Positions 1-15,537 of a stretch of 64,000 bases of DNA are shown one piece after another (within the stretch, counting starts at the first letter, position 1; each line of letters begins with the position of its first letter). The stretch is taken from NCBI GenBank assembly GCA_963666485.2, contig CAXXUO010000001.1, positions 1,024,001 through 1,088,000 on the forward strand. The letters are read 5' to 3'. This DNA comes from Syntrophorhabdaceae bacterium (GTDB lineage: Bacteria; Desulfobacterota; Syntrophorhabdia; Syntrophorhabdales; Syntrophorhabdaceae). Below the pieces are notes generated by a model, which was not told the origin of the DNA, made no database searches, and was given only the letters and a program-made list of their open reading frames with translations. Made by a program: the position numbers and the translations under genes.

Positions 1-804
1 ACGGCGGAAACATTTACGAACGAACTGATCAACTCGATACGCTTCGAGAAAATGGACGATTTCCGGAACAGGTTCCGGAAGATGGACATCATCCTGATCG
101 ACGACATCCAATTCATCGCCGGTAAAGAGCGGACGCAGGCTGAATTCTTCCACACATTTAATACACTCTATGAGAATATGAAGCAGATCGTCGTGACGAG
201 CGACAAATTCCCCCGTGATATCGAAAATTTTGAAGAACGCTTGAAATCGCGTTTCGAGTGGGGGCTTGTTGCCGACATACAAACCCCGGATATCGAAACG
301 AAAGTGGCTATCCTTAATAAAAAAGCTGAACAGGAAAAGATAGACCTGCCTCTCGATGTCGCGTTCTTTATAGCGACAAATTCAGAGGACTCCATCCGGT
401 CCCTTGAAGGAACACTGATCCGTGTCGGGGCCTACGCCTCGCTCAACCAGACACCGATCACAACAGACCTCGTCAGGCAGATCATGAGCCATGTCATCAA
501 GGAAAAGAACAAGGAGATCACCATTGACATGGTGCTCAAAGAGGTATGTTCTCACTTCGCGATCACACTTACGGACATACGCTCGAGCAAGCGCATCCGT
601 TCCATCATGTACCCGAGGCAGGTCGCGATGTATCTCGCGAGGAAGATGACCGATTCATCCCTGGTAAGCATCGGTGAAAAATTTGGAGGGAAGGACCATG
701 CCACCGTCCTCCATTCCATACGCAAGATAGAAAGTGAATTAAGTGTTAAAAAGGAGTTGAAAAGTACTGTTGAAAAGATCGTCAAGAAATTAAAATCAAC
801 ATAG
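1..804 (+). CDS. dnaA: Chromosomal replication initiator DnaA (5'-truncated by window edge)
   Basis: Open from base 1 (TAETFTNELINSIRFEKM...); Walker B LIDDIQF, RLKSRFEWGL, domain IV PRQVAMYL and GGKDHATVLHS; precedes dnaN. Confidence 0.97.
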   Translation, partial: TAETFTNELINSIRFEKMDDFRNRFRKMDIILIDDIQFIAGKERTQAEFFHTFNTLYENMKQIVVTSDKFPRDIENFEERLKSRFEWGLVADIQTPDIETKVAILNKKAEQEKIDLPLDVAFFIATNSEDSIRSLEGTLIRVGAYASLNQTPITTDLVRQIMSHVIKEKNKEITIDMVLKEVCSHFAITLTDIRSSKRIRSIMYPRQVAMYLARKMTDSSLVSIGEKFGGKDHATVLHSIRKIESELSVKKELKSTVEKIVKKLKST

Positions 805-919
805 TTCAACAATTCACGAATCTTTTTAACAGTCCATTTTTTCTTTTTATCTAATGTTTTCGGTAATATATGAGATTTTCAACATTTTAACAGCGCTTAT
901 TGTTATGAGGAGTTAAAAA
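744..919. other. Candidate oriC / DnaA-box cluster and unwinding region
   Basis: AT-rich dnaA-dnaN spacer; variant boxes TTTT(C/T)AACA at 823-831 and 876-884, reverse copies at 744-752 and 768-776; box + partial box + GCGC + TTATTGTTAT at 876-906; downstream core genes are on the + strand. Confidence 0.55.
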
Positions 920-4966
<4,047 letters not shown>

Positions 4967-4985
<19 letters not shown>

Positions 4986-6220
4986 AAAGCAAAAAGATCG
5001 GGGAACTGACACAGATCGCCCGCGATCTCAACATCGAGAATGCCTCGGGCTTACGAAAACAGGAGCTCATATTCTCCATCCTGCAGGCATACGTGGACAA
5101 GAACGAGAACGTATACGGCGAAGGGGTCCTCGAAATACTCTCCGAAGGCTTTGGATTCTTAAGGTCCACCGATTCGAACTATCTCCCCGGACCGGACGAT
5201 ATATACGTTTCACCGTCACAGATAAAAAAGTTCGGCCTGCGCACGGGTGACACAACGTCCGGGCAGATACGTCCCCCCAAGGACAACGAAAAATATTTCG
5301 CCCTTCTCAAGGTCGAATCGATAAATTTTGACGACCCGAGCGTCGTACGCGACAAGATCATATTCGACAACCTGACCCCCATCTATCCCAACGAGCGGGC
5401 CAAACTGGAGACCACCCACGACAACCTGTCAACGAGGGTCATGGACCTCTTCACGCCGATCGGCAAGGGCCAGAGGGGCCTCATCGTGGCGCCGCCGAGG
5501 ACGGGCAAGACGATGCTGCTCCAGTCCATCGCCAACAGCCTGACGAAAAACCATAAGGAAATATATCTTATCGTCCTTCTGATCGACGAGAGGCCCGAGG
5601 AAGTTACGGACATGATGCGATCCGTAAAAGGAGAGGTCATCAGCTCGACGTTCGACGAGCCGGCAACGCGCCACGTCCAGGTCGCCGAGATCGTCATCGA
5701 AAAGGCGAAACGCCTTGTCGAGCACAAAAAGGACGTCGTCATCCTGCTCGACTCGATCACCCGTCTCGCCCGCGCATACAATACGGTCGTACCCTCGAGC
5801 GGCAAGATCCTGTCGGGCGGTATCGACGCATCCGCAATGCAGAAGCCAAGGCGGTTCTTCGGCGCAGCCAAGAACATCGAAGAGGGCGGGAGCCTCACGA
5901 TAATCGCGACGGCCCTCATCGACACCGGTTCGAGGATGGACGAGGTCATTTTCGAAGAGTTCAAGGGAACGGGCAACTGCGAGATCTACCTCGACAGGAA
6001 ACTGGCGGAGAAGAGGATATTCCCCGCGATAGATATAAATAAATCAGGGACCAGGAAGGAAGAGCTGCTTCTCCAGAGCGCCGATCTGCAGCGCATCTGG
6101 CTGCTCAGAAAAGTGCTTCAGCCAATGAACACTGTCGAGGCCATGGAATTTCTCCTTGAAAAATTGGCCGATACGGATTCTAATAAAGACTTTCTCTATT
6201 CGATGAGCAAAGGAGGATAA
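4967..6220 (+). CDS. rho: Transcription termination factor Rho
   Basis: [45 protein letters not shown]; start set at MHLNDLK after GGAGG. Confidence 0.97.
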
Positions 6221-6225
6221 GGATA

Positions 6226-6432
6226 ATGAAAAAAGGAATTCATCCCGAACTGAAAAAGGCCACGGTGAAATGTGCCTGCGGCTACACGTTCGAGACCCTT
6301 TCGGTGAAAGACAAGATAACGGTTGAAATCTGTGCTAAATGCCACCCTATCTTCACCGGCAAGGAAAAACGTCTTGATTCAGCAGGCCAGGTCGAGAAGT
6401 TCGAAAGGAAATACGGTAAAAAACAGAAGTAA
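6226..6432 (+). CDS. rpmE: 50S ribosomal protein L31 (zinc-binding type)
   Basis: [21 protein letters not shown]. Confidence 0.96.
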   Translation: MKKGIHPELKKATVKCACGYTFETLSVKDKITVEICAKCHPIFTGKEKRLDSAGQVEKFERKYGKKQK

Positions 6433-7496
6433 TGTTCGGAAAGCTTGTAGAGCTCGAAAAGCGCTTTGACGACATCGAAGCGGAAATGATGAAGCCCGAA
6501 GCCCTTTCCAACATGGAGGAGTATAAAAAACTCGCCAAGGAGCGGACCGACCTCAAAGAGGTCGTTGACTCGTACCGTGAATGGAAAGAGGCGAAGGCGG
6601 AGCACGACAAAACCTCGGAGCTTTTAAAGCACGAAGCGGACGAGGAGATGAAGGACCTCGCACGCGAGGAGCTCGGCAGCCTTGAGAAGGAAATGGCGAG
6701 GATTGAGAACGACCTTGCCGAAACCCTCCTGAGAAAGACCGAAAAACAGGCGAAAAGCATGTTCCTGGAGATCAGGGCGGGCACGGGAGGGGAAGAGGCC
6801 GCCCTTTTTGCACGGGACCTCTTCGCGTCCTACATGAAGTTTGCGGAGAGAATGCGCTGGAAAACGGAGATCATGAGCTCGAGCCCGTCGGACCTCGGCG
6901 GGTTCAAGGAAGTGATCGTTGTTATCGAAGGAAAAGACGCCTACAACACCCTGCGCTACGAGAGCGGCGTCCACAGGGTGCAGCGCGTACCCGAGACGGA
7001 GGCCCAGGGGAGGATACATACGTCGACGATCACCGTTGCGGTCCTTCCTGAGCCTGAGGAGCTGGAGATAAGCATAAATCCGGACGAGCTCAGGATCGAT
7101 CTCTTCCGGTCGAGCGGGCCGGGCGGACAGCACGTCAACACCACGGACTCGGCTGTCCGGATAACCCATATCCCGACCGGCATGGTCGTGACCTGCCAGG
7201 ACGAAAAATCCCAGCACAAGAACAAAGCCAAGGCGATGCGCGTTTTGAGGGCCCGCCTCAAAGAGAAACTGGAAGGAGAGAAGGAGCAGGAGATCTCCGA
7301 CGAGCGCCGCAAGCAGGTAGGGACCGGCGAACGCAGCGAACGCATCAGGACCTACAACTTCCCTCAGGGCCGCGTCACCGACCACAGGATCGGGCTTACC
7401 CTGTATAAGCTGCAGGACATCCTCAACGGAAACATCGAAGAGATGACCGGCCCGGTAAACGCACATTTCCGTTCGGAAGCGCTGAAAAAAGGATAA
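6432..7496 (+). CDS. prfA: Peptide chain release factor 1
   Basis: EIRAGTGGEEA, PET motif (VQRVPETE), GPGGQHVN, RIRTYNFPQGR. Confidence 0.96.
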   Translation: MFGKLVELEKRFDDIEAEMMKPEALSNMEEYKKLAKERTDLKEVVDSYREWKEAKAEHDKTSELLKHEADEEMKDLAREELGSLEKEMARIENDLAETLLRKTEKQAKSMFLEIRAGTGGEEAALFARDLFASYMKFAERMRWKTEIMSSSPSDLGGFKEVIVVIEGKDAYNTLRYESGVHRVQRVPETEAQGRIHTSTITVAVLPEPEELEISINPDELRIDLFRSSGPGGQHVNTTDSAVRITHIPTGMVVTCQDEKSQHKNKAKAMRVLRARLKEKLEGEKEQEISDERRKQVGTGERSERIRTYNFPQGRVTDHRIGLTLYKLQDILNGNIEEMTGPVNAHFRSEALKKG

Positions 7497-7500
7497 ATTA

Positions 7501-8319
7501 GTGAAGATCAGGCAAGTCATTACAGGACAGACGGGTCTATCCAGGACCGACTGCATCGCAGCGCTCTGTTATGCCTGCAATCTTACCGCCGAACGCGTCT
7601 ACGCGAACCTGGATGCAGAGATCGAAGGCAGGGACCTCAAGGTCCTTGAAAGATGCCTGAACGAAAGAATGTCCGGCAAACCGCTCGCATATATCACGGG
7701 CAGTCGCGAATTTTTTTCCGAGACCTTCACGGTCAATAACAGCGTCCTGATACCCCGTCCCGAAACGGAGGTCCTTGTCGAAGAGGCCCTCCGGCGGCTC
7801 TCCGGCAGAAAAGACCTCGCGGTCCTGGACATGGGGTGCGGCTCGGGCGCCATAGGCGCGATAGTTGCCAAAGAAACGAAAAGCCGGGTCGTGTGCGTCG
7901 ACATATCGTTCGATGCCGTCCGGACAGCACAGGAAAACGCGCGGTCGCTCGGCGTCAGCCACCTGACGGAATTCGTCTGCTCTGATCTTTTCGAGGCCTT
8001 GCGGCCCGATATACACTTTGACATGATCCTCGCCAATCTCCCTTATGTTACGAGCGCGGAGGTGGCGCAGCTGATGCCCGACGTCCGGGATTTCGAGCCC
8101 CTTCTTGCGCTCGACGGGGGCGAAGACGGCCTTGACGTTTACCGCAGGCTAATAGCTTCTCTGCCGGGACGCCTTAAGCCTGAAGGAGACATTCTCCTCG
8201 AGATAGGCTCCGCGGACCAGGCCCTTAAACTCGGGGCCCTGCTCGAAGGGACCGGCCTTGGCGTCCGGATCATAAATGACTATGCGAACAAGGAAAGGGT
8301 GGTCGCCGGCTATGGATAA
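7501..8319 (+). CDS. prmC: Release factor glutamine methyltransferase
   Basis: PLAYITG, VLIPRPETE, LDMGCGSG, ANLPY, ALDGGEDG; follows prfA. Confidence 0.92.
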   Translation: MKIRQVITGQTGLSRTDCIAALCYACNLTAERVYANLDAEIEGRDLKVLERCLNERMSGKPLAYITGSREFFSETFTVNNSVLIPRPETEVLVEEALRRLSGRKDLAVLDMGCGSGAIGAIVAKETKSRVVCVDISFDAVRTAQENARSLGVSHLTEFVCSDLFEALRPDIHFDMILANLPYVTSAEVAQLMPDVRDFEPLLALDGGEDGLDVYRRLIASLPGRLKPEGDILLEIGSADQALKLGALLEGTGLGVRIINDYANKERVVAGYG

Positions 8320-9586
8320 ATTTGTGATAGAAGGCGGTGAGAGGTTAAAGGGAAAGGTGTGGATAAGCGGGTCGAAAAACGCGGTCCTGCCGGCCCTCGC
8401 CGCCACATTGCTACAAGAGGGTGCTTATACCATCGGAAACGTGCCGCGGCTCATGGACGTGACGACCATGATGAACCTGCTCGATCTCCTCGGCGCGCGC
8501 TGTACGTGGCAGGACGAGCACACGATCGCTGTCGATACAAAGAAGGTCGATAACCATGTCGCCCCGTACGAGCTCGTCAAAAAGATGCGGGCATCCGTGC
8601 TCGTGCTCGGCGCACTGATAGGCGGTCTCAAGAAGGCGACCGTGTCCTATCCCGGGGGATGTGCGATAGGCGAGAGGCCCATCGACCTTCACCTGAAAGG
8701 ACTTTCGGCCCTGGGATGCGACGTGGCGATCCGCGAAGGCTACGTGGACGTCACAGCAAAAAAGCTGAAAGGCGCGCGCATCGTTTTTGACACGGTGACC
8801 GTCGGCGGCACCGAGAACCTCCTCATGGCCTCGGTTTTTGCGAAGGGAGAGACGGTCATAGAGAACGCGGCGCGGGAACCGGAGGTTGTCGATCTGGCCC
8901 GGATGCTCAAGAAGATGGGTGCGCGCATCGACGGCGAGGGTACGCCCGTCATCCGCATCACGGGAGTAAAGGAGCTTGTCCCCTGCTCGTGGGACGTCAT
9001 CGAGGACAGGATCGAGGCATCCACCTTCCTCGCGGCGTGCGGCATGACGCGGGGCAACATCGTGCTCGAGAACTGTGTGCCGGAACATATCAAGGCGGTC
9101 ATAGACAAGCTGAAAGAGACCGGCATGGAGATCACGGCCGAGGGAAAGACGGTGAAGGCCTCAATGTCGAAGAAACGGCCGATGGCCGTCGATATAAAGA
9201 CGCTTCCCTATCCGGGGTTCCCGACGGACATGCAGGCGCAGCTCATGGCCGCCATGGCGACATCCCGGGGTGTGAGCGCGATCACGGAGACGATCTTCGA
9301 GAACCGGATGATGCACGCGGCCGAGCTCCGCCGGATGGGTGCGGACATACGAGTGGTCGGGAACACCGCCATAGTCCACGGGGTGGAATCCATATCGGGC
9401 GCAAAGGTGATGGCGACGGACCTGAGGGCGAGCGCCTCGCTCATTATCGCGGGGCTCTCGGCGTACGGTACGACGGAGGTCTCCCGCATCTACCACATTG
9501 ACCGGGGATACGAGCATATCGAGGAAAAGCTGAAAAAGCTCGGCGCGAAGATCGAAAGGGTGAAAGATGAAAATATGGGAGCTTGA
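8312..9586 (+). CDS. murA: UDP-N-acetylglucosamine 1-carboxyvinyltransferase
   Basis: SGSKNA, MRASVL, PGGCAIGERP, PGFPTD, DLRA; start set at MDKFVIEGG. Confidence 0.96.
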   Translation: MDKFVIEGGERLKGKVWISGSKNAVLPALAATLLQEGAYTIGNVPRLMDVTTMMNLLDLLGARCTWQDEHTIAVDTKKVDNHVAPYELVKKMRASVLVLGALIGGLKKATVSYPGGCAIGERPIDLHLKGLSALGCDVAIREGYVDVTAKKLKGARIVFDTVTVGGTENLLMASVFAKGETVIENAAREPEVVDLARMLKKMGARIDGEGTPVIRITGVKELVPCSWDVIEDRIEASTFLAACGMTRGNIVLENCVPEHIKAVIDKLKETGMEITAEGKTVKASMSKKRPMAVDIKTLPYPGFPTDMQAQLMAAMATSRGVSAITETIFENRMMHAAELRRMGADIRVVGNTAIVHGVESISGAKVMATDLRASASLIIAGLSAYGTTEVSRIYHIDRGYEHIEEKLKKLGAKIERVKDENMGA

Positions 9587-10841
9587 AAAAGAGTACGACG
9601 GCCTCATATCCTTCGTAAAGACGGGCAGGGAAGGCAAAAAAAGTGACGTCCGCGCGTCCGTTGCCAGGATAAAGAAAGAGATAATCGCACGCGGGGACAG
9701 GGCGATAATAGACTTCTCGAAGACCTGGGACCACTGGGACAGGGACTACCCGGTCAAGCTCTCGGCCATGGAGATCGACAGCGCCGCAGCGCGGGTCCCG
9801 CGGAAAGACGTTGCGATCCTCAAGGGGATGATAAAGAACGTCGCTTCCTACCACAAAGGCCAGAAGCCGAAGAAGCGTATATATAAAAGCGAAGGACTTC
9901 GCGTTGCCGAGGAACACGTCCCTGTCGAGGCGGCGATGGTCTATGTGCCGGGCGGAACGGCATCATACCCGTCCTCGCTCATAATGGGCGCGGTGCCCGC
10001 CCGGATCGCCGGGGTGAAAAAGATATGCGTGGCGACACCCGGGCACAACGGGAAGATCAATGACTATGTTGCAGCAGCAGCGAAACTCCTTGGGCTTGCC
10101 GATATCTACCGGATCGGGGGCGCGCAGGCGGTCTTCGCGTTCGCGTACGGCACCGGGTCCGTCCCGAAAGTGGACATGATCGTCGGCCCCGGCAACGCCT
10201 ACGTCGAAGAGGCAAAAAGGGATGTGTACGGAACGGTCGGGATCGACATGCTTGCCGGGCCGAGCGAACTCGTTATTTTGTGTACCGGGGCAGCAGATCC
10301 GCGCCTTGCCGCACTCGACCTTTTCTCGCAGGCGGAGCATGACGAGATGGCATCCGTGGGAATATTCTCCCCGTCGCTTGCCCACCTTGAGGACGTGAAA
10401 CGGAACATGGAAGGCCTTCTGGGCACAGCGGCACGGAAAGAGACCATCAAGCGGGCGATCGAGGCGAACGGCTACCTGGTGCACTACACGGAACTGCAGC
10501 GCGCCGCGGACGCGATCAATGTCATCGCGCCGGAACACATGGAGCTTATCGGGGACGAATCCTGCCTGCCCTCTATTCTGTATCCCGGCGTCATTTATGT
10601 CGGTCCCTATACCCCCGTCGCGATGGGGGATTACTATATCGGGACAAACCATGTCCTTCCGACCGCGGGAGCGGGGCGTTTCAGCGCCGGACTTTCCGTC
10701 GACCGATTTACAAAAAGGAAGGTTGTTGTTAAAATAGACCGGAAATTCATACAGAAATACGGCGACAGGGCCGAAAGGCTCGCGCGGGTGGAAGGATTGC
10801 CCGCACACGGCGATGCGATAAAGGCACGAAAGGAGCTCTAA
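9567..10841 (+). CDS. hisD: Histidinol dehydrogenase
   Basis: [44 protein letters not shown]. Confidence 0.94.
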   Translation: MKIWELEKEYDGLISFVKTGREGKKSDVRASVARIKKEIIARGDRAIIDFSKTWDHWDRDYPVKLSAMEIDSAAARVPRKDVAILKGMIKNVASYHKGQKPKKRIYKSEGLRVAEEHVPVEAAMVYVPGGTASYPSSLIMGAVPARIAGVKKICVATPGHNGKINDYVAAAAKLLGLADIYRIGGAQAVFAFAYGTGSVPKVDMIVGPGNAYVEEAKRDVYGTVGIDMLAGPSELVILCTGAADPRLAALDLFSQAEHDEMASVGIFSPSLAHLEDVKRNMEGLLGTAARKETIKRAIEANGYLVHYTELQRAADAINVIAPEHMELIGDESCLPSILYPGVIYVGPYTPVAMGDYYIGTNHVLPTAGAGRFSAGLSVDRFTKRKVVVKIDRKFIQKYGDRAERLARVEGLPAHGDAIKARKEL

Positions 10842-10843
10842 CA

Positions 10844-11713
10844 ATGAAGCTGAAGATCGGCTTGCCGAAGGGAAGCCTGCAGGAATCGACATTCAGGCTG
10901 TTCAAGAATGCCGGGTACACGATCAAGCTCCAGGATCGATCATATGTCCCGGTGATTGACGACAGTGAGATGGAAGGCCTCGTGATCCGCGCGCAGGAGA
11001 TGGCGCGCTACGTGGAGAACGGCATTCTTGACATGGGCATAACCGGGCTCGACTGGGTCATGGAGCAGGATGCGAAGGTTGTCGAGCTGGTGCGATTGAG
11101 ATACGGGAAGGTGGGGTTCCGCGGAGTGAAATGGGTCGTTGCGGTCCCGAACAATTCCCCGATCAAAAAGGTCAAAGACCTTCAAGGCAAAAAGATCGCC
11201 ACGGAGCTTGTTGGCTTTACAAAACGTTACCTGAAAAAACAGGGGATCGAGGCAAGCGTCGAGTTTTCGTGGGGCGCGACCGAGGTAAAGCCGCCGCTCC
11301 TGGCAGACGCCATCATCGAGGTCACCGAGACCGGCGCCTCCCTTGTAGCGAACAATCTGAGGATCGTGGAGACCATCCTCGAATCCGAGACGGTCCTCAT
11401 TGCGAATAAAAATGCATGGAAAGACCCCTGGAAGAGAAGGAAGATGGAGAACATCGTGATCCTTCTCAAGGGGGCGCTGCTCGCGGAGGAGAAGGTGGGG
11501 CTCAAGATGAACGTCCCGCGGAACAAACTGGAAAAGGTGAGCCAGATCCTCCCCTCGCTCCACACCCCGACGGTGTCCAACCTGTCCGACGACAAGTGGG
11601 TTGCCATCGAGGTCATCATTGACGAGAAGGTGGTCCGGGACATAATCCCCGACCTCAAACGGGCCGGCGCCCAGGGGATCGTCGAATACCCCTTGAGCAA
11701 GGTCATCCCTTAA
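10844..11713 (+). CDS. hisG: ATP phosphoribosyltransferase (long form)
   Basis: [21 protein letters not shown]-terminal regulatory domain (PTVS). Confidence 0.94.
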   Translation: MKLKIGLPKGSLQESTFRLFKNAGYTIKLQDRSYVPVIDDSEMEGLVIRAQEMARYVENGILDMGITGLDWVMEQDAKVVELVRLRYGKVGFRGVKWVVAVPNNSPIKKVKDLQGKKIATELVGFTKRYLKKQGIEASVEFSWGATEVKPPLLADAIIEVTETGASLVANNLRIVETILESETVLIANKNAWKDPWKRRKMENIVILLKGALLAEEKVGLKMNVPRNKLEKVSQILPSLHTPTVSNLSDDKWVAIEVIIDEKVVRDIIPDLKRAGAQGIVEYPLSKVIP

Positions 11714-11723
11714 CGGAGGGAAC

Positions 11724-12308
11724 ATGGCGAGAACGGCATCGGTGAAACGAAAGACGAACGAAACATCAATTTCGGTGTCCTGGGAACTGGACGGCTCCGG
11801 TAAATACACAATTGCAACCGGGATACCTTTTTTTGACCATATGCTCGACCTCTTCGCAAAACACGGCCTTTTCGACCTGAAGCTCTCCGCGAAAGGCGAC
11901 ACTGATGTAGACAATCACCATACGGTTGAAGATATCGGCATTGCCATGGGCAAGGCGTTCCGCGACGCCCTGGGCACGATGGAGGGGATAAAGCGGTACG
12001 GAAGTGCGACGGTCCCCATGGATGAGGCGTTGTGCATGGCCGCGATCGATATCTCCGGGCGGTCCGCATTCGTTCTCAAGGGAAAACTGAAAGGGAGTAC
12101 CGGCGGGTTCGATGTCGATGTCGTGAAGGAATTCCTCCAGGCGTTTGCCAACGAAGCTAAAATTGCTCTCCACATCAACCTTTTGTATGGGAGCAACCTG
12201 CATCACAAAGTCGAGGCAATTTTCAAGGCCTTTGCCCGTGCCCTGAAAAATGCCGTGGAAAAAGATGAAAGGATCGAGGGCGTCCTCAGCACCAAGGGTG
12301 TACTATAG
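11724..12308 (+). CDS. hisB: Imidazoleglycerol-phosphate dehydratase
   Basis: FFDHML, HHTVED, PMDEAL, NLHHKVEAIFKA, STKG. Confidence 0.96.
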   Translation: MARTASVKRKTNETSISVSWELDGSGKYTIATGIPFFDHMLDLFAKHGLFDLKLSAKGDTDVDNHHTVEDIGIAMGKAFRDALGTMEGIKRYGSATVPMDEALCMAAIDISGRSAFVLKGKLKGSTGGFDVDVVKEFLQAFANEAKIALHINLLYGSNLHHKVEAIFKAFARALKNAVEKDERIEGVLSTKGVL

Positions 12309-12920
12309 ATGATAGTCGTTATCGATTATGGCATGGGCAACTTGAAGAGCGTTCTCAACGCGTTCTCGCGGCTCAATGCCGATATTGTCATTTCATCAGA
12401 CCCGGATGTCGTCCGGGATGCGCCGGTCATCGTTCTGCCGGGCGTCGGGGCGTTCGGGATGTGCATGGAGAACATAGAGAAAAGGGGCCTTGGGAGCGCG
12501 ATAAAGGACCATATCCGGGACGGGAAGCGATACCTTGGCATATGCCTCGGCATGCAGATACTTTTTGAGTCCGGCGAAGAGGCGCCGGGCGTGCCGGGAC
12601 TCGGCATCATAAAGGGCACCGTTCCGCGCTTCACCGGAGAACTCAAAGTCCCCCATATGGGGTGGAACAGCGTGACCCTGAAAAAAGAGAGCCCGATGTT
12701 CGCGGGGATACGATCGGGGGATTTCTTCTATTTCGTGCACTCATATTATTGTGCACCCTCCGATCCTGATGTCATCGCGACGACAACGGATTACGGGACC
12801 TCATTCGCATCCTCGATTGAAACGGGCAACGTCTTTGCCTGCCAGTTCCATCCGGAGAAAAGCCAGGCGGTCGGCCTCAAGCTGCTGCAGAATTTTTTGG
12901 ATATCGCGAAGAGACCGTAA
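12309..12920 (+). CDS. hisH: Imidazole glycerol phosphate synthase, glutaminase subunit
   Basis: IDYGMGN, LPGVG, GICLGMQ, PHMGWN, YFVHSY, QFHPEKS. Confidence 0.96.
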   Translation: MIVVIDYGMGNLKSVLNAFSRLNADIVISSDPDVVRDAPVIVLPGVGAFGMCMENIEKRGLGSAIKDHIRDGKRYLGICLGMQILFESGEEAPGVPGLGIIKGTVPRFTGELKVPHMGWNSVTLKKESPMFAGIRSGDFFYFVHSYYCAPSDPDVIATTTDYGTSFASSIETGNVFACQFHPEKSQAVGLKLLQNFLDIAKRP

Positions 12921-12996
12921 AACGCAAGACGGGAAATATAAAAGCCCGGAAACTCCAGCGCCTTTTCCTCTTGCGTTTCGCGTCTTGCGTTTTACG
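12916..12996. repeat. Heptamer-unit inverted-arm element (CGCAAGA / TCTTGCG)
   Basis: Left arm CGTAAAA CGCAAGA CGGGAAA (12916-12936); right arm TCTTGCG TTTCGCG TCTTGCG TTTTACG (12969-12996); 16-bp perfect inverted match. Confidence 0.8.
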
Positions 12997-13000
12997 AAAT

Positions 13001-13031
13001 AAAAAAGGCTCCCAATTTGGGAGCCTTTTTT
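13001..13031. terminator. Bidirectional intrinsic terminator between hisH and dctP
   Basis: AAAAAAGGCTCCCAA-T-TTGGGAGCCTTTTTT between convergent genes. Confidence 0.88.
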
Positions 13032-13045
13032 ATTATCCTTTAGGG

Positions 13046-14071
<1,026 letters not shown>

Positions 14072-14100
14072 AAACCCCTCCTGAGAGTAATATTTTCTCA

Positions 14101-14130
14101 ATTTTATGTAAACGGGATCGGCTTTGTCAA
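14101..14130 (-). promoter_or_regulatory. Putative sigma70 promoter of dctP
   Basis: Minus strand TTGACA-N18-TAAAAT about 30 nt upstream of the start. Confidence 0.5.
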
Positions 14131-14242
14131 CAGAATTGCAAAAAAACACGGGGCTGTTCATGATGACGAACGAAATAGGTCAAAAAAAACCCTGCAATAT
14201 TAAATGCTATACGTTAACGTTTATTATGGTAAAAAATTAAGC

Positions 14243-14271
14243 TTGACTTTCGCTCAAATATCCGCAATAAT
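14243..14271 (+). promoter_or_regulatory. Putative sigma70 promoter of the molybdoenzyme cluster
   Basis: TTGACT-N17-AATAAT upstream of ORF 14326. Confidence 0.45.
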
Positions 14272-14325
14272 GTGCAACACAATGCTTTTCAGGGCATTTT
14301 TTCATTTTTATAGAGGTGTTCACCT

Positions 14326-14598
14326 GTGGCGAAACACAAAATTCTCTGCCCCATTTCCCATACCGCCTGTACAGAATGTGCGATCTATCGCGGCCGCCAT
14401 TTCTATCTTTGCTATTCCGCCGCTTACAAAGGCAGCTCCTTCGATCCGGACCGCATCCGTCAGATGAAGGAACTGGAAAAAGAAAAGGAACCTGACAAAA
14501 CGTTCGGTATACCCGAAACAATAGAGGTCGGCTCGCAGTGTATAAACAATTTTGAGGAATATGCGATAGAGAAGGAATTTGCTGCGCTGAAACGCTAA
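14326..14598 (+). CDS. Small Cys-rich hypothetical protein (C-x6-C-x2-C-x10-C)
   Basis: 90 aa, GTG start after AGAGGT, first gene of the + strand cluster; CPISHTACTECAIYRGRHFYLC. Confidence 0.7.
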   Translation: MAKHKILCPISHTACTECAIYRGRHFYLCYSAAYKGSSFDPDRIRQMKELEKEKEPDKTFGIPETIEVGSQCINNFEEYAIEKEFAALKR

Positions 14599-14656
14599 CT
14601 ACTGTAGACGATCACGTTAAGGGTTTAAGAAAAGAAACAATAGAAAGGAGAGGAAT

Positions 14657-15526
14657 ATGATCAACGATTTTCATTACCTGAAGCCTGCAAGCCTGAAAGA
14701 AGCGCTTGCGATGTACGCGGAACATGATGATTGCAAGGTCATCTGCGGCGGCCAGTCCCTGTTGATCGTCATGAGGCAGGGCATGGTTGCTCCCGAATAC
14801 CTCCTCGACATCAAGCACGTCAAGGAACTGAGCTACATCAAGTTCGACGAGAAGGACGGCCTGAGGATCGGCGCCACCACAACGCACCGCGAGATCGAGA
14901 AATCGGACATTATCGAAAAGAAATACCCGGTCCTCGTCGCGATGGAAGAGAAACTGGCATCGATCCAGACCCGCAACTGGGGAACGATAGGCGGGAACCT
15001 CGCCCATGCCGATCCCGCAGGCGACCCCGGCCCCGTGCTCATCGCACTCAAAGCAGAGATCAAATTCGGCAACTCGGGCGGAGAAAAAGTGGTCCCGCTC
15101 GACGAGTTCTTTGTTGATTACTTCGAAACCCAGATGGAACACGGCGACCTGGTCCTGGAAGTGCACGTTCCGACGCCGGAGCCGAAATTCGGCTGTGCCT
15201 ACCAGAAATTCAACCTCCTGGACAGCGACATGGGTATCGTTGCAGCAGCAGCATCCGTGACGCTGAATGCTGACGGCACCTGTAAAGATGCCCGCATCGT
15301 CCTCGGCAACGCAGGGCCCATTCCCCTTCGCGTAACGAAGGCAGAAGACCTGCTGAAAGGCAAGAAGCTCGACGACGCCCTCTTCGCAGAGGCCGGCGCG
15401 ATCGCTTCAGAGGAATGCGCCCCGGTTGCAGATATCCACGCATCCGAGGAACACAGGCGGCATGTCCTTGGCGTCCTTACCAAACGGATGCTGAAGAAGG
15501 CCTTTGAACAGGCCCAGAAGGCGTAA
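14657..15526 (+). CDS. Xanthine dehydrogenase-family FAD subunit (CoxM-like)
   Basis: FHYLKPASLKEAL, CGGQSL, LRIGA, RNWGTIGGNLAHADPAGD. Confidence 0.92.
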   Translation: MINDFHYLKPASLKEALAMYAEHDDCKVICGGQSLLIVMRQGMVAPEYLLDIKHVKELSYIKFDEKDGLRIGATTTHREIEKSDIIEKKYPVLVAMEEKLASIQTRNWGTIGGNLAHADPAGDPGPVLIALKAEIKFGNSGGEKVVPLDEFFVDYFETQMEHGDLVLEVHVPTPEPKFGCAYQKFNLLDSDMGIVAAAASVTLNADGTCKDARIVLGNAGPIPLRVTKAEDLLKGKKLDDALFAEAGAIASEECAPVADIHASEEHRRHVLGVLTKRMLKKAFEQAQKA

Positions 15527-15537
15527 GGAGGAAAGAG

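Noticed and set aside
14211..14220. Palindrome ACGTTAACGT (also ATTACGTAAT at 38564-38573) as operators
   Set aside because: Single 10-bp palindromes in AT-rich DNA with no second copy or assignable regulator
14657..15526. Canonical hcrB
   Set aside because: No Cys-rich [4Fe-4S] insertion after GGNL, so hcr symbols were not assigned
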